This document shows, in pieces, positions 40,899 to 52,433 of a stretch of 64,000 nucleotides of DNA. The stretch's first letter is position 1; the number at the start of each line of letters is the position of its first letter. Location of the stretch: assembly GCA_049724395.1 (NCBI GenBank), contig JAUGWO010000005.1, positions 1 to 64,000 on the forward strand, written 5' to 3'. The notes under the pieces were generated by a model. It was not told where the DNA came from and ran no database searches. It saw only the letters and a program-made list of their open reading frames with translations. The stretch comes from Spongospora subterranea f. sp. subterranea (Eukaryota). A program made the translations under genes and the position numbers.

Positions 40899-42136
40899 GT
40901 CCTTGCCAGCTTGATCCTTGAATAAACGATGAGATGTAAAATTTTGGATATATTGACCGCAATCCAAATATTCAATAAGCTAATGGATCTAGACGAGAAA
41001 ACGTTGGTGATCGCTGGGAACGAACTTGTCAGATGCGCCACATAATCTCAGTGTTTTACATCTGAGGTTCCGTCGAAATATACGGCCCCGTCAATTGATA
41101 ACCGATCGGTTTTCGTCAGGGTTCACGTGTTGATACGCTTTCGGTAAACATGATTGGGACTGGACGCGATAAAGTCATCGATTGTAGAGCGATGGTCAAT
41201 AAACGGACTCAATAAGAGCTAGAAAACGGTCAATTCTGATTTTCATCGGTTATGTGACTTTGGCATATTCGATAAGATTTGGTCATTGTTGCTTTGGAAT
41301 AACAAAATTAGCCGCCGCACATCAAATGATCACACATTCAACGATTGGCTCGAATGGCAAGGACACCGCGATTCCCGATTGTGAGATATAGATTGTCCCT
41401 CTTACAGATGTGGAAAGACCTCACAATTCGGACCGTTGGTCGATAGCTGGGATGACTCTCACTAGCTCTGAGAATCGCAACATTCATATATCTGTTAACG
41501 GGATGAAACCCTTGGCAGATTGGTTTCAGCCGGGGGCGCCATCATGAAGTAGTTATGACAAAGCGTTTTCTCATTCTATACCGCAAATCAACACAACAAT
41601 GGTTCATGGGTGTTAAACCTCATGGCGTCAACGGGCGCTTTCATATATTCAGCAGCCCAGGTGCCGGTCAACTCAGCAAGGTCGTGTGGCAAGTTCTCCA
41701 ACACAATTGTCGCTCTTGAACAAATCGGAACGTGAATGGTTCAATAGACGCCAAAGACCCTATTGGTCCCTCTGGTTTCGACAGACGAGGCCATGGCCGT
41801 CCGCTCCCAATCATGACGTTGAACCTCGCTGGGGAGCGACGTACAAGTAGTTCAGCGGCACATTTGACGGTTGGAATTGTGAACCCTGGATATCCTGTTG
41901 AACTAACATTCATTAACAATATTAGGGGTCGAGCTATAAATATTGATCAAACACAAATGTTATGGAAACTCGGCCAAACAACTCAGCCCATCAAGTCGTT
42001 TCATGTCGACCGATCATCTCTTAGTCGTTTCATGTCGACCGATCATCTCTTGGGCCATGGGTCGGCCGATATTTCTGTAAACGGTCAAAGGCAGAACTGA
42101 ACCCTGGCTGGTCATTGTCTTATTGATCTCCCAAAC

Positions 42137-42382
42137 ATGATTGACCAACTACCAGACGATGTGCTCGCGATTGTGGCCGCGTTCGCTAACGATTGGGGTG
42201 TTTGTCGCTGTCCATTCCCTCTGCAAGGTGTTTGCTCAAGACTCAATGAAGCACATTGCAAGTACGAGGCGTCAAAATGGATCAAGTATAGACAGACCCT
42301 GCCGACGCCAATTCTCACACAACGGGATGAATACATCGTGTACGAAGGTCAAATTCACCAGATCGTATTTCGACCGTCCTAG
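42137..42382 (+). CDS. Small F-box-like protein, copy 1
   Basis: The MIDQLPDDVLAIVAAF N-terminus resembles the F-box motif; five copies occur in the window. Confidence 0.45.
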   Translation: MIDQLPDDVLAIVAAFANDWGVCRCPFPLQGVCSRLNEAHCKYEASKWIKYRQTLPTPILTQRDEYIVYEGQIHQIVFRPS

Positions 42383-42879
42383 CGCCGTTTGTGAAAATAC
42401 AAAAGTATTGCTCGACGTTGTGTTACGTTCACAATTGTCGTTCAGAGATGAATCTGAGCTGTCAGTGGCCAGGGGAACAAGTTGCCTTTGTTGTTAGCAG
42501 CACGGAGCTTCCAGAGTTATGGTTAAGAACGGACTAGCGCCACGACGTTGGTATCGGCGCCAACTTTTGATACGTTTGACGACCGCGTTATAAATCCAAG
42601 TTTATGTTTCGAGAGCATAACCCGCTCTAAAATCTCAAGGAAGGCAACTTCTTTTAGCAAAAATGTCAACGACGAGCAAAAGATCAACTGGTTTGTACGA
42701 AAGCCACGTATTCTGGCACAACGGTGTTCCGTATGGAATTTCCTGCGTTGTGTCCCAAAAGGTTTGGGTCGAACATGTTTCGTGAAGGTCGAATGACGAT
42801 CTGGTGGCTTTGGCGTTGGTACACAATATACTCTTCTTGCTGTGTGAGAATTAGCGTCGGCAGGGTCTTTTTAACCAGT

Positions 42880-43240
42880 TGAGACAACGGCGATGGTAAT
42901 AGGAGCCTGGGTTTTACCGAATGATGACTGACCACAAAATTCAGTAACTATTCAGCAATTACAGGCATGTTGGATGCGAGCATGGCTAGGGAGGATAGAA
43001 ATATACCCCGGCCTGGTTGCGACGAGCCCATGGAAAGCAGCGGTCTTGTCAATCTGGTCGATCAGAAATGCAAAGCGACGACAAGCTGAATATCATCCTG
43101 TGATGATAATGACGATGATATGGTCACGATGATGTTACAGACTGTTGTATTCCGTTACATTAATCCTCGACACTGATTCCGTATGTATGTGAGACACAAT
43201 CGTCACCTGGAGTAACTGTTGTTACAACTAACAGGACATG
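42880..43240 (-). pseudogene. Captured RAD51B 5' fragment
   Basis: Reverse-complement similarity to about 61180-61600, including the Walker A coding sequence GGTAAAACCCA. Confidence 0.8.
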
Positions 43241-43698
43241 TTTTTTTGTGCTCTTTAAAGCCAGATTGTCTTTTCAACAATGATTCGTTGTTCGTGAGAG
43301 GGTATGGATAGACAGATTTATTCTACTTATCCGGGCGATTTGAATTTGTGTTCGCTCACGTCAGGGGTTCCTCTTTGAAAAAAAAGGCATCTCGAATCAT
43401 TGCCTTCCCTACCGCGCTCCGTTCCATCCGTTCCTCCAGCGTTCGAACACCAATATAATTCTCCGCCTTCTCTTCTTGAAATCTGGTACGATTGTACTGT
43501 TGAACTGATGCCCCTAAACGATATTTAGGAACCGATATACCTATATCACACAAACAACTTGTGGCAAATCGGCCAATCAACTCAGCCCACTAAGTCGTTG
43601 AATGTCGACCGATAATCTTATGGGTCGGTCGTTATTTGAGTAAACAGGCAAAGGCAGAACTGATACCTGTGGTGGTCATTGTTTTATTGATCCTCAAC

Positions 43699-43956
43699 AT
43701 GATTGACCAAGTACCAGACAGTGTGCTCGCGATTGTGGCCGCGTTCGTCAACGATTGGGGAGATAGCGAATGTCCTTTCCCTCTGCAAGGTGTTTGCTCA
43801 AGACTTAACAAAGCACACCTCCAGTACGAGACGTCAAAATGGATCAAGAATAGTAAGACCCTGAGGAAGATAATTCTGACACAACGGGATGAGTTAATCG
43901 TGTACCAATGCGAAAAGCACCAGATCGTCTTTCGACCGTCAGGGCGTCGTTTGTGA
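43699..43956 (+). CDS. Small F-box-like protein, copy 2
   Basis: MIDQVPDSVLAIVAAF...HQIVFRPSGRRL. Confidence 0.45.
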   Translation: MIDQVPDSVLAIVAAFVNDWGDSECPFPLQGVCSRLNKAHLQYETSKWIKNSKTLRKIILTQRDELIVYQCEKHQIVFRPSGRRL

Positions 43957-44569
43957 CAAACTATAAAGTTTTGCTCAATGTTTTTTTACGCTCACAGTTG
44001 TTATTGAGAGATGTATTTCAGTCTGAGGTCAATGACTGGGGAACAAGTTCCTCTGTTGCCAGTGGCACGAAGATTCCAGAGTTATGGTTAAGAAGGAACT
44101 AGCGCAACGACTTTGATATCGGCGGTCAAATTATAGGCCAATTTTGCAATTCGGGTAAGCTCAGGAATTATGAGCAATCTCATGCGATTCACGTGAAATG
44201 GATTGCGTGATAAAAACAAAGAGGAGAAACCCCTTTTAAACCAATCCCTCTACCCTTTGAACTAATATGGGAATTGGAACCAGTTTCGAGAAGATAGTCT
44301 CGCTAAAAACCTCAAGGAGGCAACATCTTTCGACTAATGCCAACGAGGAGCCAACCTCGATAAAACAATCAGCTGGTTTGTGAGAAGCGATGTGATCTGG
44401 CATAATGGTGTTCAGTAAGGAATTTCCTCTCCTGTTTCCCAAAAGGTTTGGGTCGAACATGTTTTGTTCAGGTCGAATGACGATCTGGTGACTTTGACGT
44501 TGGTACACAATATACTCTTTTTGTTGTGTGAGAATTATCGTCAGCAGGGTCTTTTTAACCCGTTGAGAC

Positions 44570-44970
44570 GATGGTAATAGAAGCCTGGGTTTACCGAATG
44601 ATGACTGACCACAAACTTCAGTAACTAATCAGCAATTATAGACATGATGGATGCAAGCATGATCTACTGTAAGCAGATTCGAAACCAAATGGTGTCACAT
44701 TAGCAATAATGCCGAGCAGGGCAGCGGTGCATGGACATCAGCGGAATCTGGTCGGTCCGAGTTGCAAAGCCACGACATAGGTGAATATGATCTTGTGATG
44801 ATAATGACGATGATATTGTCATTGACTGGTGATGATATAACAGAGTGTCTTATCCCGTTACAATGATCATCTACACTGGTAACAGTCTGGTTACGGTCCA
44901 CTCCAACATATCACACCCAGTGTTACCAGCGAGTATTTAACAGTTGTTACAACTAACAGGACATGCCCAT
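44570..44970 (-). pseudogene. Captured RAD51B 5' fragment (diverged)
   Basis: HAPLPCSALLLM vs native HAPTPCSALSLM; the Walker A region is degenerate. Confidence 0.75.
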
Positions 44971-45499
44971 GTCTATTGATATTCAAAGTCAGGTTGTCTT
45001 TAAACAATGGTCTTGTCCTCGTGTTCAATCGTAATGGCGTTTGTGCCCGGGCGATAGATATTTGTGTTCGCTCAAGGGCATTTTGAACTATTGTCCCCCA
45101 TGCCCTGCTCCATCCGACCCTCCAGCTTCGAACACCAATGTCGTTCGTCGCCTTCTGTTGATCTCTGGTGCAATCATGCACGAAGCAGATATACACCCAA
45201 TGATTCTACACTGTGTAAATGGATTTGAACTGGATATCCATACATACTATAACCAAATGTCCTCTTGTCTGTACTCCATTTTGTTTCGAGTTTTGCGCTT
45301 TTATCTTCTTGATAATGTGTTCGACCCGTGACGTAACGGCACAATGACGGTAACGTAGTAGTAGCGCCAGCGACTGTCGAGTCGCCGAGTTTTGTTGGGT
45401 GGCTGTAGATCAAAGGCTGCACGGCGAGCCTATTTTCCCTTGGCCACAAGCAGTTTTTGTGCATCGATACGCGTCTTCTTGTAAATTCTCGGATGATTC

Positions 45500-46100
45500 G
45501 AGAAGAATTCATGCTGTTGTCTCGTCAGTTTGAATAGCTCCAGTCTATCCTGGAAATCAACTTGGTTACAAGCAGCTTCGAGAAGGTCTGGGTTGTTGAA
45601 GCAATCTCGATTATCAGAAACATCGAGTTCCACCGAGTTTCAACTTTAAGATCGGATTGTTTTGTGGTTCGAGCAAGTAGAACTCCAGTACGCCCGAATA
45701 TTGTTGTCGCATAAGCCCAGATCCACGAATCGGTTTCTGAAAACATCCCGTAACCAACGTTGATAAGCCCGGTAGTGTCGACAACTGCACGATTGGTGGC
45801 AAACGCAGCGCATTTGGAGCTTCTCGGATGTTCTGCCAATTTGTCATTCAGAAAACGGCGAGTATTTATGGCGCTGCGTTCGCCACGTCATCAACCGTGC
45901 AGTTGTCGACGCTATGGATGCGCCTAGTCTGGAATGTGATCGACGTTTGGCCGAGAATATGGAGAAACGTGTTCATCTTGTTGTAAAAATCTTCAAAGAT
46001 TTCGATCAGTTGAAATGGCAGTTTATTGTCGACGACAAACTCCACCAATGATTTAAAAATTGTGTTTTCAATCATCACCAATGGGTCAACAACATTCCCA
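45500..46100 (-). mobile_element. Degenerate hAT transposase relic
   Basis: DLKVETRWNSMFLII (the hAT TRWNS motif) and FVVDNKLPFQLIE lie in broken frames. Confidence 0.6.
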
Positions 46101-46984
46101 CTGGAAGTGATTAGTTTTGTGAGAAACTGAGAGATGGCGTTTTAATGTGCTAATTCCAGTATAACTGGAGAACAAAGACCAAACCCATGACGCATTGACA
46201 AAATCTTCTGCTTGCGATAATAGTTCCGAGGCTACTTACGACGGCGCAGAGATATCGCATCACTTGTGGTAATTGTGATTGGAAAGAACGGCAGGATGAA
46301 TTTGTTATGGTACTTGCCGTTCTTCTTTCTCTCGGACCTCTAGCGTGCGAATGATGCGAGCTAAGCCGGCACGTATTACCCAACGTGAGGAAGCTCAGCT
46401 CTAGCATAAGTTTGTCTCGGATAAGAACGCACCAGCCCTTCAAGAACGACGTCTAAGAACACGCTCGCAAGGTACCAGGGGCCATCCCTGGAATCGTCTG
46501 AGCCGTGGCTGAAGCAATCTGGGCGTTCTAGGTGCTCATTCAAAGCAACTTCTGCTAGAGCTGAGCGTCCGTACTCACCCAGATACGAGGCCCCGCGTAG
46601 ACATCGTAAACAGGTAACAATCCCTGAGCCGGTAATCGGGTACCGTACGGCACAAAATAACGTATCAACTACCGTACGGCACGAAATAACGTATCAACTT
46701 TAATAACGTATAATCGACCCCCCGGCACATAAGTATGGTAAAAATACCGGCACATTGCCATTTTTGGTCACACAAAAAAGTGCACTTTGAAACTTTCCAT
46801 CAAACTTGAAACTCCGTGACTCCCGACTTTGCCCAATCGTAAAATGCACTACCATAGGTAGGGTATCGGTAAGAATTTGCGGAGTGAAGGGTTTGCTGGC
46901 CAAGGAATAAAGTTGACTGTGCTGCGGACCTGCGGTGCGTTGTTATGAGGGCAGCGTCGTCGGCTGGTCGCCTCAATTGTCATC

Positions 46985-49585
46985 TTGGTCCAACGGGCTA
47001 TCATGGTCTCCCAATGGTCGACGTTCACCACTTTTAGACACAATGGCAAAGCCTTTGTACCAGAAGACGTTCCCGGGGATGGGAACTGTTTCTACCATGC
47101 TATCGTTGCTAGTCGTCAAGTGCCCAGCCTCAGTCACTCAGACCTACGTCAGGCCACGGCAGCGTTCGCGCTCGGGTGTGGTCGTGCAGCAGCTGAGAAG
47201 GTGGTCGACCTTTTGCATCGGAGAGTTCCCTCAGGACCATGTTCCTTCGTTGAGGTCATCGCAGGTTTGCGTCGATCACGTTCGTTTGCTAGTAACGTTG
47301 ATATGGCGCTTCTTTCGATCCTTTATAATATCGACATCAACGTCTACTCGAACTTCGAGGAAGGCATAACTTTGTGGTCAACCAAATCGTTTTTGGAACA
47401 GCATATGCCCGACTATGCCTTGTCTCATGGTAAGCCAACTGCAATGTTTCTTAAACTCAATCATAGACCCTCAATTTTGTCAGAGTTTTCCGCGCATGTC
47501 TATCATCACACGTATCTTCGCCCGCTGACTCGTGTTTCTGGTGCTGCATCGCATTTGCTGAACCATTTCGCGTGTCTTCACCCGGATATGCGCCCGATAC
47601 CGAAGCCACTGATCCAGTCAACTGTTACCGCTTATGTTAAACCCGTGTCTGCCGGTTCCAAACGCAAAGGCATTTCACGCATCGAAACCAACACAGAGCG
47701 GAAGATGGCGCAGCCGAAAACTAAGAAACAGGCGGCGATTGACCTACACCTGAAGAACATGTCTGTCGTACTTTCGTGGTCAAGCATCATTGGCATTGAT
47801 AGTCAGGCCGCTGCAGACCATGACGCTGCCCGCCTTGCGGAAATTCGTCGTCACCGGAGCCACCTTGAGCTGCAATCCAGCTGTCAGGACCTTGACAATG
47901 TTGAAAGTCTGTTAAAATCGATGATCGACAAAATTGAGGTGTTACTCCTTGATGACGTCGTCATCTTGCCAACTTTACCGGTTACAGCCCCGACCGGCCT
48001 CGCCAAACAGTTGACATGGGAAGTTCGTTCCAGAATAATCGCGTTTCATTTGCATCAGGACCTTGGGTCAGGCGATTTTATCATGTTCGACAGGGTGTTC
48101 GGTCACGTCGTTAAACCTGTGACGTTGCGAAGTTGGCTTCGCAAGGAGAAAATCTACAAATGGCTCGCAATTGTGAAGCATGCGACCAAGGACGACATTA
48201 TAGGCGTAATTCCGTTCCGAAAGAAATTTATATTTGCTGGTGGAGCAGGCTCAACAAAAATCAAGGCGGAGATACTGCTCAAGTACGAAAGTGCGGCCGC
48301 TTGTGCGGCCCGACACAGCCAGACCAAGCTCGTGGTCAATGATGGTAGGCTATCTTGCCAAAAGTTGTCATCAATGTCACGAACACACCCAGGCAAAATT
48401 ATTTTCCTCAAGAAGTCGACATCTCGCTTACCTGATTGCAACGAATCCATGAAGCTGGGCGCTCCAATCAAGTTCGTGGAGCAGGCCGACGACGTTGCAA
48501 AGTTTATAGTAAACCGTTTCGAGCGAGGTGATCCAGTGACTAGGGAGGAAGTCTACGTGACGACGCGCGCGAAGTGGGGGCGACGCGATGCCAAAGACAA
48601 GAAGTTCATGACCCTGGTGAACGACAAGCATCGCTTGTCTGTCTGGTTGTCGCGCCTGCTCGCGCGCATTCGATACGCGGACCGTCTAGGTTCGATATCG
48701 CAGAAGGTCCCGATGGACTGGAAGGAAATTGCTATGACCACTTCCAAGCTTATTCGCGAGGCTGCAATCCGTCTCAAGGTTGACAATGTATTCAACATGG
48801 ATGAAACCTTCATTCATCATTACCAATCGACTGATCGTGTGCTCGTCCCGACCGGAACAAAGCGGGTTGGTACGATTGTGCCCGTTGCAAATGAGAAGAA
48901 AGGGGTAACGTTGGTGGTAACGGCCAGCTTGTTATCGTCGCAGCTCCTCCCACCTTTTATCATAGACACAGGGGTGTTCGGATCGACTCTCATGCACGAT
49001 TGGGCACACTATACAAAGAGCACGGTTTTGTTCAACCCATCCCATTGGATGACACGATACGTCTTCATTCTATACCTGGAGTGGTTGCTGAAGATGTTCC
49101 CCACACAGAACACGTTGCTAATCGTAGATCGATCGACAACGCATTATGGTGACCTGATCGACGATTGGCTAGCCAAGAATCATGCCAAGAATGGCGGGAA
49201 GATTTTCATCGAGTATATTCCCGATGGAATGACCTCTATAATACAGGTTTGTGACATCGCAATCAATAAGCCCCTGAAGTCGAAGATTAAGGAGGCATAC
49301 TACCGGTTCAGAGCGGATGCAATTGGTGACCTATCAGCAGAAATGCTGTCCGGGAGCGTGTTGTCCGTCCCGAGAGAAAGCCTTATTGAGATGATCGAGA
49401 CAGCGTACGATGAAATCAATACCAAGAACCGGAAGGATCGATGGATCGCCGATGCGTTCGAACAGTGCGGACAGCATCCGTGGCTCAAGCAGCAAGACGC
49501 GTTCACGAAACATCTCGACAGTTTAGATGAGAATTTCGTTTACAAGCACATGAAAACATCAACGAGCAAACTCAACCTTGTCTGA
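46985..49585 (+). CDS. OTU-like cysteine peptidase fused to a pogo/Tigger DDE_1 transposase (likely ATG at 47003)
   Basis: VPGDGNCFYHAI ... NHF (OTU Cys/His), then FNMDET, LLIVDRSTTH and TSIIQVCDIAINKPLK (about DD41D). Intact 866-aa frame. Confidence 0.9.
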   Translation: MVQRAIMVSQWSTFTTFRHNGKAFVPEDVPGDGNCFYHAIVASRQVPSLSHSDLRQATAAFALGCGRAAAEKVVDLLHRRVPSGPCSFVEVIAGLRRSRSFASNVDMALLSILYNIDINVYSNFEEGITLWSTKSFLEQHMPDYALSHGKPTAMFLKLNHRPSILSEFSAHVYHHTYLRPLTRVSGAASHLLNHFACLHPDMRPIPKPLIQSTVTAYVKPVSAGSKRKGISRIETNTERKMAQPKTKKQAAIDLHLKNMSVVLSWSSIIGIDSQAAADHDAARLAEIRRHRSHLELQSSCQDLDNVESLLKSMIDKIEVLLLDDVVILPTLPVTAPTGLAKQLTWEVRSRIIAFHLHQDLGSGDFIMFDRVFGHVVKPVTLRSWLRKEKIYKWLAIVKHATKDDIIGVIPFRKKFIFAGGAGSTKIKAEILLKYESAAACAARHSQTKLVVNDGRLSCQKLSSMSRTHPGKIIFLKKSTSRLPDCNESMKLGAPIKFVEQADDVAKFIVNRFERGDPVTREEVYVTTRAKWGRRDAKDKKFMTLVNDKHRLSVWLSRLLARIRYADRLGSISQKVPMDWKEIAMTTSKLIREAAIRLKVDNVFNMDETFIHHYQSTDRVLVPTGTKRVGTIVPVANEKKGVTLVVTASLLSSQLLPPFIIDTGVFGSTLMHDWAHYTKSTVLFNPSHWMTRYVFILYLEWLLKMFPTQNTLLIVDRSTTHYGDLIDDWLAKNHAKNGGKIFIEYIPDGMTSIIQVCDIAINKPLKSKIKEAYYRFRADAIGDLSAEMLSGSVLSVPRESLIEMIETAYDEINTKNRKDRWIADAFEQCGQHPWLKQQDAFTKHLDSLDENFVYKHMKTSTSKLNLV

Positions 49586-49922
49586 ATTACCGTACGGCAC
49601 AAAATAACGTATCAACTATTTGTTCAATGTGCTGCGCAAACTTGTGTGCCGAGAAAGCTACATGCGTCAGCATTCTGTGTCGAAAAACTGTACATATGAA
49701 ATCATACACCTGGGAAATGATACACCTGAGTGTATGTATAGAGGATATACCGTAGTGTATGTATGAAATGATACACTGGAGTGTATGTTTAATTCAGACA
49801 AGGTTGAGTTTGCTCGTTGATGTTTTCATGTGCTTGTAAACGAAATTCTCATCTAAACTGTCGAGATGTTTCGTGAACGCGTCTTGCTGCTTGAGCCACG
49901 GATGCTGTCCGCACTTCCCATG

Positions 49923-50954
49923 TCAACTGTTCGAACGCATCGGCGATCCATCGATAACCGGTAAAGTTGGCAAGATGACGACGTCATCAAGGAGTAACAC
50001 CTCAATTTTGTCGATCATCGATTTTAACAGACTTTCAACATTGTCAAGGTCCTGACAGCTGGATTGCAGCTCAAGGTGGCTCCGGTGACGACGAATTTCC
50101 GCAAGGCGGGCAGCGTCATGGTCTGCAGCGGCCTGACTATCAATGCCAATGATGCTTGACCACGAAAGTACGACAGACATGTTCTTCAGGTGTAGGTCAA
50201 TCGCCGCCTGTTTCTTAGTTTTCGGCTGCGCCATCTTCCGCTCTGTGTTGGTTTCGATGCGTGAAATGCCTTTGCGTTTGGAACCGGCAGACACGGGTTT
50301 AACATAAGCGGTAACAGTTGACTGGATCAGTGGCTTCGGTATCGGGCGCATATCCGGGTGAAGACACGCGAAATGGTTCAGCAAATGCGATGCAGCACCA
50401 GAAACACGAGTCAGCGGGCGAAGATACGTGTGATGATAGACATGCGCGGAAAACTCTGACAAAATTGAGGGTCTATGATTGAGTTTAAGAAACATTGCAG
50501 TTGGCTTACCATGAGACAAGGCATAGTCGGGCATATGCTGTTCCAAAAACGATTTGGTTGACCACAAAGTTATGCCTTCCTCGAAGTTCGAGTAGACGTT
50601 GATGTCGATATTATAAAGGATCGAAAGAAGCGCCATATCAACGTTACTAGCAAACGAACGTGATCGACGCAAACCTGCGATGACCTCAACGAAGGAACAT
50701 GGTCCTGAGGGAACTCTCCGATGCAAAAGGTCGACCACCTTCTCAGCTGCTGCACGACCACACCCGAGCGCGAACGCTGCCGTGGCCTGACGTAGGTCTG
50801 AGTGACTGAGGCTGGGCACTTGACGACTAGCAACGATAGCATGGTAGAAACAGTTCCCATCCCCGGGAACGTCTTCTGGTACAAAGGCTTTGCCATTGTG
50901 TCTAAAAGTGGTGAACGTCGACCATTGGGAGACCATGATAGCCCGTTGGACCAA
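49923..50954 (-). CDS. Truncated OTU-only derivative of the transposase
   Basis: Identical to the transposase N-terminus up to ILPTLPV, then a deletion junction and stop. Confidence 0.8.
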   Translation of the reverse strand: MVQRAIMVSQWSTFTTFRHNGKAFVPEDVPGDGNCFYHAIVASRQVPSLSHSDLRQATAAFALGCGRAAAEKVVDLLHRRVPSGPCSFVEVIAGLRRSRSFASNVDMALLSILYNIDINVYSNFEEGITLWSTKSFLEQHMPDYALSHGKPTAMFLKLNHRPSILSEFSAHVYHHTYLRPLTRVSGAASHLLNHFACLHPDMRPIPKPLIQSTVTAYVKPVSAGSKRKGISRIETNTERKMAQPKTKKQAAIDLHLKNMSVVLSWSSIIGIDSQAAADHDAARLAEIRRHRSHLELQSSCQDLDNVESLLKSMIDKIEVLLLDDVVILPTLPVIDGSPMRSNS

Positions 50955-51422
50955 GATGACAATTGAGGCGACGAGCCGACGACGCTGCCCTCATAACAAC
51001 GCACCGCAGGTCCGCAGCACAGTCAACTTTATTCCTTGGCCAGCAAACCCTTCACTCCGCAAATTCTTACCGATACCCTACCTATGGTAGTGCATTTTAC
51101 GATTGGGCAAAGTCGGGAGTCACGGAGTTTCAAGTTTGATGGAAAGTTTCAAAGTGCACTTTTTTGTGTGACCAAAAATGGCAATGTGCCGGTATTTTTA
51201 CCATACTTATGTGCCGGGGGGTCGATTATACGTTATTAAAGTTGATACGTTATTTCGTGCCGTACGGTATACCGACCCATGAGGCATGACGGCGGAGTCC
51301 GGACTGTCTCTGCGACCTAAAGTGCATTTAAATGAACGGGCTGCAGTCGACGGTATCATATGTACGGGGTTTTGTGGGTTGGGTGAGGGCAATTCGGTTC
51401 GGATAATGCCAGATCATCAGTG

Positions 51423-52433
51423 ATGGCAGAATCGCATCTGATCGTAATTGGAGCCCCGCGCGCCGGCAAGAAATATATAGTTAAACGTACGCAAAATTGC
51501 GCTCCAACATGTCGGGACATCTTATGTGTATTCATCAGAATTATTCCCAGCGATTGTCTTTGAACGGGATGGCAACAGTGGACTATCTGTGATGGCATCG
51601 CTGAATACTAAATATTATTCTGCTCAGCTTAAAATATCAATCTTCCAGAGCGGCCAGGTGAACTCAGTCGATGCGTTGGTTGCCCTTTCAGGCCTGTGTG
51701 CTATGAATAATTTCGTTTTCCTCATAGCAATGGTTGCGAAATATTGATGTTGGTAATTGACCAAACATCTAGATCAGATGTTGATATCACAGCATGGTCG
51801 CGAAAAGTTCATGCTGCCTGTATTCTTGTGGTTTATAATCAGCCATCTGAAACCAATGAAAGCGAGGATTTCGGGGAGTGCATTATTCCCTCGTTATCAA
51901 AAGAATTTCCAGACACGATCATAGAGGGAATTCGCATATCTTATAACAAGTGCTTGCCAGATATCAGTAAAGAAGTGGCTCATTTACGAAACCTGTATTC
52001 ATAATTTGTGCCACAGCCTCACCTGGACTTCTCAAATCTGATGGAACCGTCGAAGGGTTATATCGCGTAAAGGAAGTGTTGGATTGCCATGCTTGGCCCA
52101 ATCTGGTTTTGAATAGAAAAGCGGAATTCCCGCCTTCTAATCATGAACATGGTAAAGCTGACCCTCAGCCAGCTCCTAATAGCAAAGTTGCAATTGACTC
52201 TCGCGACGCTGATATGGATAAGTGGGATAGTCTATTTTCGATTGTCCAGAATGTCAAAGATCGAGGTTCGTTTTTTTGTTCGAGTTGCTGGGCAGGAACA
52301 AGTTTACTGAGCATTCCTGTTTATAGGGCTTTCATTGCCAGATGACGCCCGACGCCAGGCGGCAACGGAAGCTATTTACGCTCTCATGCGTGAATTCGAT
52401 ATCTCAGACGGCAGCGATGAGAATGACGATTAA
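51423..52433 (+). CDS. AAGAB: Alpha/gamma-adaptin-binding protein p34
   Basis: LIVIGAPRAGKKYIV, LNTKYYSAQL, EGLYRVKEVLDCHAWPNL and an acidic C-terminus. Confidence 0.8.

Larger units (their letters stand above)
41880..45670. repeat. Left arm of a large inverted duplication (partner about 57359-60865)
   Basis: Mirrored ORF pairs: 43356-43580/59383-59607 (identical), 43636-43956/59007-59327 (identical), 44695-44901/58071-58277 and 45174-45512/57465-57803. The outer part is more diverged. Confidence 0.93.
46670..51269. mobile_element. pogo-like composite element: full copy plus inverted deleted copy, with ends TA|CCGTACGGCACGAAATAACGTATCAAC ... GTTGATACGTTATTTCGTGCCGTACGG|TA
   Basis: Terminal inversions flanked by TA; about 1.3 kb near-identical arms (46670-47984 vs about 49955-51269). 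Confidence 0.9.

Noticed and set aside
41994..42051. 29-bp perfect tandem duplication
   Set aside because: A simple local slippage event within the repeat unit.
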